DNA of 64,000 nt. It comes from Azolla caroliniana (lineage: Eukaryota; Plantae; Polypodiophyta). Within the stretch, counting starts at the first letter, position 1. The number at the start of each line of letters is the position of its first letter. The stretch covers positions 6,820,001 to 6,884,000 of the forward strand of contig JBHGNT010000011.1 of the NCBI GenBank assembly GCA_043228905.1. The letters run 5' to 3'. Shown piece by piece: positions 1 to 12,459 of this stretch. A program made the position numbers and the translations under genes. The notes under the pieces were generated by a model. That model ran no database searches and was not told the DNA's origin. It was given only the letters and a program-made list of their open reading frames with translations.

Positions 1-1240
1 TCGAAGTCGTTTTAGTACTAATAGTACATGAGAATCATGTTCTTCTTGGGTCTTTGAATAAACCAGTAGATCATCCAAATAGATGATCAAACAATCATCC
101 AATAGATCTCGGAATATATCATTAGCCATGTGCTGGAAGACTGCCGGCGCATTAGTGAGGCCGAACGGCATGACAGTATACTCGAAGTGCCCATATCTGG
201 TGCGAAACGCGGTCTTCCATTCGTCTCCTGGTCGGATCCGTACGAGGTTATATGCTCCCCGTAAGTCGATCTTCGTGAAGAACCTGGCACCATTGATCCG
301 TTCTAAAAGACTTGAGATAAGGGGAAGAGCATACCTATTCCTGATTGTAACCTTATTCAAGCCACGGTAATCTACAACGAGACGAAGCGATCCATCTTTT
401 TTCTTGACGAAGAAAATGGGCGCACCGGCTGGAGATTTCGAATGCCGAATGAAACCATTTTCCAAATTCTCCTCTATATAGGCCCGAAGGACTTCCAGCT
501 CGGTTGGTGACAAATTGTAGATCGGTCCCCATGGCGGCTCTTTTCCCGGTTGTAAATCGATGGGGCAATCGTACGGTCGATGATGAGGAAGTGTGTTGGC
601 TTGTACTTTATCGAACACATCGGTGTAATGGCGATACTTCTCGGGAAGTTGAACGGTGGATTCTTCTTTAGTGGTGTTGGAGGGGTTTACTGATATTGCA
701 AAGAGGAACATTTCCTCCTTGTGCCCTTCTTTACGCAACTGACGTAGCGAAATGGTTGCCATCTTCTGAGTTGACCCTTGGGTTTGTCGACACCGGATTT
801 CTCTTGTTCTCCAATCTATGTCAGGGTTATGTAACTCAAACCACGGTAGTCCTAAAACTATAGGATGTTCTGGGATACTAATAACATTAAATGATACTAC
901 ACATACTAAGTTATCTAGGACAATATTAATGGGCTCTGACTCTTCTAGGATATTTCCGGAAGCAATGGGACGTCCATCAATGACTACTACAGAGGCTGGA
1001 CACTGGAGTTTTCTTAGGGATATCTTATGAGCTTGAGCAAATTTCTTATCCATAAAGCAAGAGTTAGCTCCGGAATCTAGGAGTGCTAGGACATGTACTG
1101 GAGGGGTACTTTTAGTACTAACTATTACTTGGGCTACGAACACATCACTAACTTGCTTAGAGGGAATGGAACCACTAATGGGCTGCACAGATCTAGGGCT
1201 GTCCAACCAAACGGCTCCTATTTTGGCTGGACTTAGTCGT
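1..1240 (-). CDS. pol: Pol (aspartic protease + reverse transcriptase), partial, in -1 frame relative to gag
   Basis: Hand translation: ALLDSGANSCF, LPHHRPYDCPIDL, VKKKDGSLRLVVDYRGLN, KTAFRTRYGHFEYTVMPFGLTNAPAVFQ, IIYLDDLLVYS. Absent from the ORF track, probably because it leaves the window. Confidence 0.93.
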
Positions 1241-2384
1241 TTAACTCTTCTTCTAACTGACTAAGGACATCAAATTTGTTTGCTAGATCTGGGATATTAG
1301 TACTATTAGGACTATCAGATATCCCTACTGAAATAGGTTCGGATTTAGTACAATTAGAACTAGCGACTATTTGGTTTACCTGTCTTCTTGGCCTATGGGG
1401 GCAATTTATTGCGATATGTCCTGGTCCACCGCAGTAAAGACATAGTCGATTTGTACGGCGTCGCTGCTTTTCTTCTTCGGATAATGGCCCTCGACGACGT
1501 GTAGTGTCAATCTCCATCGGAGTCGGAGTATTCGCTGGAGACGCATTATATGACTCCCTCGGAAAAGGTCTTGCTACCACTGAGGCGTAGGTGGGCTCTG
1601 ATCTTGCCCTCGGCATCTGTAGCTGTCGTTCCGAACGTCGCTCAAAGAGGCGGTTGTCACATCTCACCGCGCGACTGATTGCTTCTGTTAAGGACTTTGG
1701 CTCTTCGGGGAAGGTCAAGAGTAAATCCTTGACGTCGTTGCGTAAACCATAACGGAATTGCTCCATCAACGCTTGATCATCCCAAGGGATATCGGCGGCG
1801 AGTAGGCGAAAATCTGCAGCGTATGCGGAGGCTGGACGGTCACCTTGGCGTAATCGCCGGATTTTGTTGATTGCGGTCCTGATGCTGTCAGTATCTCCGA
1901 AACATGCTTTAAACTCACCTAGAAACTCTTCAAAATTGTTGAGTAACGGAGATTCCTTTTCTAATAGTGGAGCGAACCATGACAACGCTGAGCCACTTAA
2001 CAAAGTGCCTACTAAACCCACTCGTGATGCATCGGTGGGATATCGGGAAGGATGCATTTGAATAACTAATCGTACCTGGTTAAGGAACCCTCTAAACTGC
2101 GATCGCATTCCATCGAACTTCGTGGGAAGGCCAATCTTAGGTTCTTTATGAATCCCTTGTGTTCCGGACCCATGTTGTTGCATCGCTACGATGGTGGCTT
2201 CGAGTTGTTGCACGCGTAACGCAAGTTCCCCATGTTGTTGTTGCGTTTGCTGCTTTTCTAAGGAGATTTGCTGAAGATCCCCCAGCAACCGTTGGTTTTC
2301 TTGTTCCAAAGCATGGAACTTCTCCTTCAAGCATTGGAATTCCGAGAAAACAGATTGATATTCTTCAGCGCTAACAGTGGCCAT
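1233..2384 (-). CDS. gag: Gag (coiled coil, retrotransposon capsid, CCHC knuckle)
   Basis: 383-aa ORF with P.KFDG...FRGFL, LRQG.R.A..YA.DF and CLYCGGPGHIAINC. Confidence 0.93.
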   Translation of the reverse strand: MATVSAEEYQSVFSEFQCLKEKFHALEQENQRLLGDLQQISLEKQQTQQQHGELALRVQQLEATIVAMQQHGSGTQGIHKEPKIGLPTKFDGMRSQFRGFLNQVRLVIQMHPSRYPTDASRVGLVGTLLSGSALSWFAPLLEKESPLLNNFEEFLGEFKACFGDTDSIRTAINKIRRLRQGDRPASAYAADFRLLAADIPWDDQALMEQFRYGLRNDVKDLLLTFPEEPKSLTEAISRAVRCDNRLFERRSERQLQMPRARSEPTYASVVARPFPRESYNASPANTPTPMEIDTTRRRGPLSEEEKQRRRTNRLCLYCGGPGHIAINCPHRPRRQVNQIVASSNCTKSEPISVGISDSPNSTNIPDLANKFDVLSQLEEELND

Positions 2385-2442
2385 GGGATGAAAGAAAAGA
2401 GGAATAAAAGATTAGTAGGAAATGAGAGAGACAGAAGGTAGG

Positions 2443-2457
2443 CAAATTGGTTCAAAC
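2443..2457 (-). promoter_or_regulatory. Primer-binding site, self-priming type
   Basis: GTTTGAACCAATTTG abuts the LTR, lacks TGG, and is complementary over 13 nt to LTR 2667-2679. Confidence 0.7.
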
Positions 2458-2561
2458 TGTCAGGAATAGTACTGAGACAGAGAAGGAATTAGTACTAAAC
2501 GAAGGATTAGTACTATGAGAGGTGTGGAACTTCTTCGAGAGAAGGAAGAAGTGAGCGAGAC

Positions 2562-2600
<39 letters not shown>

Positions 2601-2820
2601 TGATAAGAAAGATATTTATTATATGAAGAGAATATACAACGGTGGCTAAAAGGCTTAAGACTGGCGTTGAACCAATTTGGTTCAACATAATGCCTAGTGC
2701 CCTCTTTTATAGTGTTTTCAGGAGTAATCCTGAAGCTTCTAGAATGTTCCAGAGAAATCTGGAATATACACTAATTTCCTATAATAAAATGTAAATGAAA
2801 ATAATATCCTACGTATTACA
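2458..2820 (-). repeat. 5' LTR of the chromovirus-like element
   Basis: TGTAATACG...CCTGACA termini on -, TATA box (CTATAAAAG) near 2704-2712, (GA)n tract, just upstream of gag. Confidence 0.8.
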
Positions 2821-2895
2821 ATAGATGGTCTAATGGTCAAGAGCTCGACCCATATAACCTAAGGTCATGGGTTCGAGTCTTGCCATATCATGACA
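2821..2895. repeat. Terminal fragment of another LTR carrying a tRNA-like A/B-box motif
   Basis: Ends ...ATCATGACA against integrase sequence; TGGTCTAATGG (2826) and GGTTCGAGTC (2870) are 44 bp apart. Confidence 0.45.
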
Positions 2896-5800
2896 GCCTC
2901 CTTTAATCGTTGGGCTGCTATTTCTATATCTTCAGGTCGACGCTCTAATTGTTGAATTCACAAAGCAAGTAATTCTTCTCTGCTCACCTCTTCTCTCCAT
3001 GGAATAGATATCCATGACATAATTGATTCTTGTACCGGCATGATGGGCTTTTGGCCAAGTATCAATTCAGCTGGCATGTATCCTGTTACCGAACTATGAG
3101 TTGTTTGATCCGCCCATAGTGCATAAGGTAGCATGCGTGGCCAATCTCTTATTTTACCTTTACAGCTTTTCACGATCGCCTTAACTATTGGGCTATGTCC
3201 TCTTTCAATCTTTCTATTGGCTTCTGGATTATACGCAGTTGTAAGTGATAATTTGATCCCTATTCAGCTGAAGAATTCTCTAGCTTCATCAGAGTTAAGT
3301 TCTCCTCTATTTGCAATTATTTTACCAACACACCCGTAACGACATACTACATCTTCTAACAAAAATTTACATACAACTCTAGTTTTTTTTTGTCGTAGTG
3401 GTCTTCCTTCTACTTGGTTTGTAAGGTCTTCTCTTGCTAGTACTAAATATCGCATTTGACCTTCCCCAAGTGGCATTGTCACTAGATCGGCCATCTATTT
3501 ATAATGCATTGATGATGAATATGTTGGTTTTAGCTCATCTCGATACCTCTAATACCTCTAGCAGACCTCACAGGTTTCCACAAATTTCGTTACATCTTTA
3601 TACATATGTGGCCACCAATACTTTTCTTTTAACTTCATAAATGTCGCCCATATGCCTCTATGTCCTGCCCACAAACTATCATGGAATTCATTAATTAATT
3701 TTCTCTTAATGTCATCCTTACAAATGACTCAAAGAGGATTTTCGGTTGGCCTTTTTGGACGCCTCCATAAATGCCCATCATGTAAAAATAACTTGAATGC
3801 TCGTCTTCAAAATTCATTTAATTGTTTCTTTGACCATGATGGGTTGGATTCTTGAGTCTTTAGAAAATTTCCTATTTCTAACCATTGACCTTCATACTCC
3901 ACATCTTTGAACATTATACTTACATTAAACTCATCATGAGACTTAATAGATACTTGTGAATCAACTTGATGGCTTGTAGTTGCCCAATTCTTATCTTTAG
4001 CTTGCATCACCCTTTCATTTATGAACCTTGCTCTTGACAACATATCTGCGACTGGGTTCTCTTTGCCCTTTATATGCCGTAATTTTGGGTTCATGGTTCT
4101 AATGTATGAAATCCACCGAAGCATTGCAATATCTGGTGTGGTGCAACTTGCTATCATTCCGATGAGTGGCAAACAATCTGTTTCAACCACTACATCTGCT
4201 CCGATCAAGTAATCTCTATCTGTTTTTAATGCAGTAAGCAAACCCCACAATTCTCGTTTAACTTGTGCATAATTTCTTTGTCTTTCATTTAATATCTTTT
4301 CTCCAAATCTGATAGCATATCGATGTTCGTCTTCATCTTCTTGGTTGATAACCCAACCGATCCCGATTGGGCTAGTGTCAATTGTTACTAGAATTGTTCT
4401 TTCACCTTTGTAGTCTAGTTGACGAAGAGCTGGTGCTTTCAATAATGCTTCTTTCAGCTGTTGAACAACTTGTGTATGTTCATCAGTCCAAATAAACTTC
4501 TTCCCTTTTCTTAAAAGTTGCTAGAGAGGATCTGAGACATGTGCAAAGTGTGGTAACCAAATATGATAAAACACACATGCACCCAAAAATCTTCTCACCT
4601 CTATTATTGAGTCGCAAACTTCCTTCATATTTTGTATTGCGTTAATTTTGATCAGTGAAGGCTTCCTCCCATACCACCCACACATATGACCAACTATTAG
4701 AACTTCGTTTTGCCCAAAGCTAGACTTTGTTCCTGATAGTATCAAATGTACTTAAAAGTTGCTAGAGAGGATCTGAGACATGTGCAAAGTGTGGTAACCA
4801 AATATGATAAAACACACATGCACCCAAAAATCTTCTCACCTCTATTACTGAGTCGCAAACTTCCTTCATATTTTGTATTGCGTTAATTTTGATCGGTGAA
4901 GGCTTCCTCCCATACCACCCACACATATGACCAACTATTAGAACTTCGTTTTGCCCAAAGCTAGACTTTGTTCCTGATAGTGTCAAATGTACTTGCTCAA
5001 GCTTATTTAAAATTCTTTCACAATCATTAATGTGATCCATCACAAACTTTCTGCAACCATTTCCAACCACAGTCTCATCTTTCTCTCTTTCTAAGCATCC
5101 CTTAATAGGAATATCATGTAAAAATGGCATAGTTACCTTTGGGATGTTTCCATGTAGAACTTTGTTCATTACATTCATCATATGAGCAACGGAATTCGTC
5201 GCACCTTGAGGTAGAGTGCACATTCAAACCAACCCAATTGGTGTTTTCATTGTTGTGATATTGCGACTATCAATTGCTTGTTGAAATTGGTCATATCCTG
5301 AATATAGGTCTCCCACAGAGTAAATCGCTCTTCTAGCAAAATCTTCCTCAAATTCATCAACAATCAGTCTGATTCCCGCATTTCGGATTGTGACTTTGTT
5401 GACTGGTTGTAGATCTTGAATGAATCTTAGAGAACCATCTTTCTTTGGAACTATGAACCATCTATTGGAGTATGGTCAGTTGAGGTAATTGAGCTCTCAG
5501 TACTGCAATAGGTTAAAAATTCCAAGGAATATGAGGGATAATAAATATTACCATTGGTGTCACCACGTTTGGATCTACACAACCAATCTCCTCAGCTTTG
5601 AATGCGAACACTTTCCCATGCCTAAAGATCATTTCTTTGAAAGTCGCGATCTCTAATTGGAGAAGAAATTCACCCCCTCCGATTCTCAAGTTATTTATTG
5701 TCTCCGAAGTGAAGTGATGTCCGATCTTCTCTATTGGTCGAAGCATAGGCTCAGTTGCTGTTGCCTCCATTTTCTCTTCGCTACCAATAGGTAATGGTAC

Positions 5801-8396
5801 TACAGCAGGTTTGATCTTTTTATCTATTGTTTTGTATTTTGTATTACATAAACTTTCTACTTCTTCATATTTACAATTATACCTATCAATCTCATAATAC
5901 ATATCAATTGAGTTTATATGTATCTTTCTAACATTGTCATCATCTTCTTTCAAATACATTTCTAACTCTTCTAAAGTATTTGCAAAAGAAATTTCTTCCA
6001 TAACACTTTCAATCTGCTCTTCCATTTCAAGTACTCCATTATCCTTCAATGCCTGCTGAAACAGATTAACATTCTTTTTCAAGTTCCTCTTGCATTCATA
6101 CATTCTAGTCACACATATAGCACCACTTTCAGAAACATGAAATGATTTATTCATATGTTGTAATGCCCTATATGAGGGTCTTTTAATAATGGGACTATTG
6201 CAACCCTCACTCGCAACAGTCCTAGTCAAAAACCTAATTATCAAAATCATCACAATCTTTTGGTATTGAATGATCACGAAGCTCTTGCTTGTTCCTCTCA
6301 TGATTTGGGCGAACTGTCATAAATTGTATAGTTCGTCGTCCATCTTGGCTACGGATTTTCACATAGGCAGAACCATTGTCGAGGACTTTGGTCTCCATCC
6401 ATACCGCTGTAATGTATGGTTGCCCTAGGATTATTGGATAGGTAGATCTTTCCTGCACAAAGAAATGTTGATCTACCTCTATATCACCAATAGTAACCTT
6501 TACATTTGGGCATGCAACAAATAAATCTTCCATGACTGATGTGGCAGCTTTTACTCGCCAACCATGTTGAGTATCAATTGGCCATCTACCTTTGTTGTAA
6601 AAATCAGTACTCATTATATTTATTTCAGAACCATGATCAATAAGTGCCATCACGGGGTCTTGAACATTTCCAATCTTCACATGATGCTCAGTAGTGGCTC
6701 TTGCCCAACATTTGCAAGAGTAATGGCTTCTTACATCTGTTGACTTTATCATTGAGGTTGATGCATGTTGAGAGTCAACAACGATATTGTTTGACTCGTT
6801 GCTCACCACTTCATATGCCAGCTTCGTATTTGTCTTTTTAACCCAGTCATTTACTTGCTTCATTCTTCACACAATATCAATTATTTCATCATGAAATTCC
6901 TTTTTTGCAATACCTAACACTTCTCTTAGTGTAAATTATACTCGACTGTCTAGTATTCTTGTTTCTAAAACTTTCTTTAAATCTGTATCTCTTTCAATAT
7001 CAGACATTAATTTGAATTAAGGACTAGATTTACCTTTTTCGACCTTTGTATCTATCTCTTTTCTTTTGCTTTCTCTTGTCTCATGCTTTTTTGTTGAGCC
7101 AATCTCATCATCCGGCCTTTTCCTTTTTTCTTCTACTATCACCTCATGCTCTTGGTGTTCTGCCATCTAAGCATAGACCGTCATAGCATCTACTGGAACA
7201 TCCCATCCAATGTTTTTCCTTACAGAATCTCTGGCAACACGAAGGTCTTCCATCTTCATCTTTTGCTTTTGTGCGGTACTTACAACCTTCTCCCAGAATG
7301 ATGATCGGGATGGCATGTCATCGAGGCGCATTCCTGTCGTTGCCGAGTAGTACATTGCGGAAGCCTTCTTTGCTTCAGCTTCTTCAAATTTAGCCTTAAC
7401 ACCACCATCACCAAAGTTCTTTGTAAGTGGACTTCTAGTTTCAGTTAAATAAATGTTACCATTTTTCCAATACACCAAGTCTCGATTTTCCATGTCTTTA
7501 TATTCCACACAATCACGTAATCGATGTTCGAGACTATCACACCACATGCATCGAGGTCGAAATGGTTCCCTTGACCTCAAAGTCTGACCATTCTCAAGCT
7601 TTGCCACTTTAATTGTTAGATCTTTCATACTTTGAACTAAATCATCAAGCAAAGACTCACTCTTAGTTTCGATCATTTCTCGTGGTTGATGGACCATTTC
7701 GTGTGATGGTTCTCGACCAAGTCTTTGAACTTCGATGTTTTGCTCAAGCCGATTTGTGATTCCCACATGTGGTATTTGTAGCATTGCACCATTCCTTTGC
7801 ATTCCTTTCATAAATTTATTACAAGCATTTGTTAACTCATTCCAATCTGCAGTTATACCATCCTCAAAATTTGGTACTTCAAGCATGAATTCTAATTCTT
7901 TTCTATATCTCTTGTCAACTGCCTACAAAAATAAAGCAACCTTTTGCCAAAACAAAGAATTTCTTTCCTCTAGCTTTAAGTGTCCATACAATCTATCAAA
8001 CTCTTTTTTCGTGTCAGCCTCAGATCATCCTTTATTTTCTTTTAGGACCCATTCAAGGAATGAACGCATAGTAAGGCGAGAGTAATCCTCACGAGCATAT
8101 TCAGACACAAGTGCTTCTTTGAATGCATTCCAATCCAAACTATGCAATGCTTGTATTTCATGAATTCTATCTCTTAATTCCATGTCCACTAATTTATAAA
8201 ATTTTGGTATCATATTGACATAATTTATACCAGACATTTCCATTTCATCATAATATATATTCACATACTTCGAAATATTTGTGCCATCAAACATACCAAT
8301 CTTCTCTCGGACTTCTCGTAAGGCATGAAATAATCGATCTTGATTCAACTTTTCAATAAACAACATTACTGAATCCATTGTACTCGTCCTTGCCAT
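2896..8396 (-). pseudogene. gag-pol pseudogene of the degenerate Gypsy element
   Basis: Domains in Gypsy order, split over more than 8 ORFs. Confidence 0.85.
4510..4993. repeat. 241-bp internal tandem duplication in RT/connection region
   Basis: cttaaaagttgctagagagg at 4510 and 4751; ORFs 4521-4745 and 4762-5223 end with the same peptide. Confidence 0.92.
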
Positions 8397-8441
8397 GTTG
8401 ATGTTGATCTTTACTTTAGATGTCTCTTCTACTTCCCCGTT

Positions 8442-8458
8442 TCACGTCGGGTTCACCA
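8442..8458 (-). promoter_or_regulatory. PBS complementary to plant tRNA-Trp 3' end
   Basis: TGGTGAACCCGACGTGA a few nt inside the LTR. Confidence 0.75.
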
Positions 8459-8463
8459 AATTG

Positions 8464-9307
8464 TGTTGTGGCGTGGACAAAAGATATCGTGAAAGTGAGG
8501 AAGGAATCACTGGGATTATGGACAGAAGAGACAAAAGAGTAGAGATAGAGTAAATAGAGAGCAACAAGATATGACAAGATAGGATATTGAATGATATTTG
8601 AAGGAATAAAAGAGATTTATAATGATTTGATGAAAGAGTTACAAAAGTGGTTGTAAGCGTCGTTGATCCTTCGAACTTGGTCTCACAAGATAATTGCTCT
8701 TCTCTTTCTTGATAGTAGGCCACAACAATCATCACTTCAATATTTTGATAAAGATAAGGCTCGAACGACCTCCCTCTTGTTGAGAGTTGACCACCACGAT
8801 CGCCAAGCTAGAGTTCCACCTTTATGTTGAACTTCTTCCTTTCTTTCTCTATTTTCTGGTATCTCTTATGTAATATATATTTCATTGATATCTCATACCT
8901 CTCCCCCTTTGATCTTCTCTTTCACCATTTAAATAGGTGCCCCCATGCATATGATGCATTGGAGGGTACAAGTCATGCATGTAGTGCATGAAATGCATGT
9001 GATGCATGATAGGCATCTCACTCATTTGAGCTTTCATGTATGAAAAAATATATGGCATAAGAATAAACATAAAAATATAATTTTAAAATCAAAGGACCTA
9101 GCCTAATGGTAGGTGTGTTGACTTTGGTATATGAGGTTGTGGGTTTGAGTCTCTCAAATATTTGAATATAACATGTAACGTTGTTTTTATACATTGAAGC
9201 AAATCCTGTATTTTATATATATTATTAGTATAGAGTAAATGGTAAGATTTGAAAGTCATAGGGTGGGGTTATTGGTTCAAGTCCTCTCTTGTTCGTGTAA
9301 TATAATA

Positions 9308-9344
<37 letters not shown>

Positions 9345-9480
9345 TTTCTTTACATATATATAATATTATCATATGTGTTGTTAATATTATCTTGATATAT
9401 AAAACATTATCAAATTTTATTTTAGTTACGTATTTATCTTATTGTAGACTTTTAATGTGAAGCTTTCGTACTTCACGACA
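8464..9480 (-). repeat. 5' LTR (~1.0 kb) of the degenerate Gypsy element
   Basis: TGTCGTG...CACAACA imperfect inverted termini; Copia sequence resumes at 9481; contains (TA)n and two tRNA-like motifs. Confidence 0.7.
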
Positions 9481-12459
9481 CCGTAGCTCTCCGGCTCATG
9501 CACTTCCGCCACCTTGGTCATGTACACATAGTGATGCGTCATGTATTTATTGTAACCGTACCTCTTCACGGGGTTCTTCTGGCGGGAAGATTGGTGTAAC
9601 TTATCATTACCCAGTTTGAGGCCCTTCTTGGCTGCTTCGGTCTTCGTTGCCGAAGATCCGCCTTCTTCTTTTTCGGAGTCGGATCCGCTCCAATCTGACT
9701 CACCATTGCCGGTCTCGTACTCCGGCATCTTCCTCTTCCCCTTTTCCTTGCCTATGAACCATCTCCTCGGCTCCTTGCACGGGGGGAACACAACAGAGTC
9801 TCCACTACTCATGGGTTCATCTTCTGACTGGTCTATCTGACCTAGTCGCTTGTCCGGCCCGCTAAACCGAAACAATCTCGGACTCACATCTAGAGTCTCG
9901 AAACCTTCGTCTTCTAACTGGACCGGTTCATGCTCACTAGCCTCATCCTCCGGTATGGGGTTGGGGTCGGAAGTCGGAGCCGGTAAGGCATACCATGATA
10001 CCATCTCATCAAACTCAACACCTCGGCTAACTCGAACCAGCTTCGTCCAGGGGTTATAACACTTATACCCCTTTTGCTCATGCGAGTAACTAACCAGGAT
10101 GCATTTCTCCAACTTTGCATCCAACTTCCTCTACTTCTCATCTGGCACATGCATATATGCTATGCTACCGAATATCCAAAGGTGTCTCAAATTCGGCTTG
10201 CGCCCGAAATACAGCTCATGCGCGGACACCTTGTCACCAATCTGGTTTTGTATATAGATGGCCATCCGGACCACCTCAGCCCAAAAGAAATGGGGCATGC
10301 TCTTCTCCTCCAGCATTGCCCTTGCCGCGTCAACAATCGACTGGTTCTTCCTTTCGGCCACACCATTTTTCTCCGGTGTGTACCTACAGCTGAATTCTCT
10401 CCGAATTCCATTCTACTGCAGATAACTGTTGAATTGGCCGGAAAAGTATTCTTTCCCGCCATCCGACCGCAGGTGCTTGATCTTCCTCTCCGTTTCCCGT
10501 TCAACCAGGCTTTGCAGTTTCCGGGAACACTCGAAGACTTCGCTCTTCCGCTCAATGAGGTAGATCCATGTGTGTCGGTTGTAGTCGTCAATGAAGGAGA
10601 GGAAGTATCGACTCCCGCCAAGACTAATGTTCTGTGCCGGTCCCCATACATCCGAATGAATAAGGTCGAGCTTGTTACGGCTACGGTTTCATTCGGTGGG
10701 GAATGGAAGCCAGTGTTGCTTCCCGAGTTTCTAGGCTTCACATATTTGGACTTCCGGCCACTGAACTTCGGCAAACCAGGCTCTTCGTGATAGTCGGAAC
10801 ATGTAATACGTTCATCAGCTTCCCCCTCTGTCTGACGTGGCTCAAAGGGACTTCTCCGACATGCACAATTGGGTGAGAAGTGTCATCTCCGGTTTCGACG
10901 ACTCTCGGTTGTTCCGGTTTCTCCAAGAAAGAGAACCACTCTTTGTGGCTCGTCATGTGATTCGACACACCGGAATCAACGTACCACACTTCCTCCAATT
11001 TAGAAGTGGTCTTCTTCATCGAGTTAGCCTCGTGTTTCATCACCAAGGCTGGCCCTTTACCGGCTGTTCCGGTTTTGGATCCTCCCGAACCTTCTGCGTA
11101 GTGCATGTATTGCTGGTTCTCTCTGCCGTCCTTGCCGGATCCAGATATGTCCGAATTGGCGCACTTCCTCTAGTACTCGCTTTCTCTGTGGCCCTTTCTA
11201 CCATAGTACCAGCATTCCGTGTCAGCCTTTGCTTGCCGGCCTCCGGCGCTGCCTTGACTCCCCCCTACTTGTGAAGGGTTCGGCACTGCTGTCAGCACGT
11301 TCTCTGTGCCTTTGGTCCTGCTCTTGCCGGTCGCTACCATTGCGAGCCAACCCGCCTCAAGCACCATGCCCATGGGGCCGATCCGTCTCCGTGTACAACA
11401 TTCGGTTGTCAGTGGGTGCACTTGTTGACACACCGGCGTGGTTCTCCTCAACAAGGGGCATCGACTGTTAGTCGAAAAGTGATGGCGTATTCTCCCTTGT
11501 ACAAACCGCCATTCGGAGCGCTCTGAACTTAGACGTTAGGCCCCTAAGACAAATCTGCACCATCTCATCTTCCTCTACAGTGACGTTGATAGAGGCAAGT
11601 GAGTCATAGATCTCTTTGATTCGGGCTGTGTAATCGGCTACCGACATGTCCTTCTGTCGGATATTGCTCAACTCCTGTCGGCGTTGCAGCTTCTAGGTCG
11701 TAGTGCTTGCCGCGAAAACCTTCTTCAAGTTTCCCCAAGCTTCTTTTGGCGTCTGGGCATCTCGAACATGGCTTAGTAGTTGGTCTCTGACACTGGACGC
11801 AAACGAGTACATCACTCGGCTTGCCGCTTGTTCCCACACTGGGAAGTCCTTGTGTGCCGCATCAGGTGTTGTGTCGTTAGCTCTGTTGTCATAGCTCCAG
11901 TAACCATGCCTAAGCAGGTACTAGTGCAACTTGTATGACCAAGATGCGTAGTTGGATCTGTCGAGCTTCTCCACCGGGAGCGAGCTAGCCATTCCTCTAT
12001 CCATCACTTCTCTTTCTGTTATTACTGGGTCTTACAGTTTGTCTTCAGATGCTAATGTCGACTGTAGAGGTTCTCAAGGTGCGGAATCTTTAGACAACAA
12101 GCTTAACCGGGTAGCAACAAAGAGAGAGAAAGAGAGAGAGATTAACACACAGAAGGAGAGACAGAGAACGAACAGAACAACTTAAATCTATTATCAACCA
12201 CTCTGTAAAATTCTCTGTGTATACAACGTGCTCAAGAGCACTATTTATACAAGTCCTAAGAGGACTGATAGAAATACAGTGTACTTCAATGCTCACACGA
12301 GCGTTTGATAATAACTACGAGACATTAACTACCTAGTAGTCTAGGCTACTACTAGACTTCCAGTTACTGCTTGATTCAGCTAACCGGCTCCCCAGCTCAC
12401 CGGCTCACCGATCAGGCTTATTCAGCCGATCCGGATCCGGTTGAGCTTGCTGCTCAACA
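9481..12459 (-). mobile_element. Truncated, degenerate Ty1/Copia element (LTR ~12079-12459, gag, PR, integrase)
   Basis: ECWYYGRKGHRESE, VWYVDSGVSNHMT, AERKNQSIVDAARAML, GYKCYNP. LTR is homologous to 32125-32487. U5 end and PBS are deleted. Confidence 0.88.

Larger units (their letters stand above)
1..2820 (-). mobile_element. Ty3/Gypsy LTR retrotransposon, chromovirus Tcn1/Tf1-sushi-like, 5' half (runs off left edge); apparently intact
   Basis: 5' LTR 2458-2820, gag 2384-1233, then protease and RT without stops to position 1. Confidence 0.9.
2896..9480 (-). mobile_element. Degenerate AT-rich Ty3/Gypsy element (gag-PR-RT-RNaseH-IN), 3' end interrupted
   Basis: ORF fragments: gag 8025-8396 and 7167-7886 (CMWCDSLEHRLRDC), protease ALIDHGSEINIM, RT LPQGATNSVA, RNaseH DTSPIGIGW/KRELWG, integrase ADLVTMP...CRYGC. 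Many stops and frameshifts. Confidence 0.9.

Noticed and set aside
8943-9010. Cluster of ATGCAT/CATGCA (RY-like) motifs in LTR U3
   Set aside because: Short low-complexity motifs; no way to support function from sequence alone
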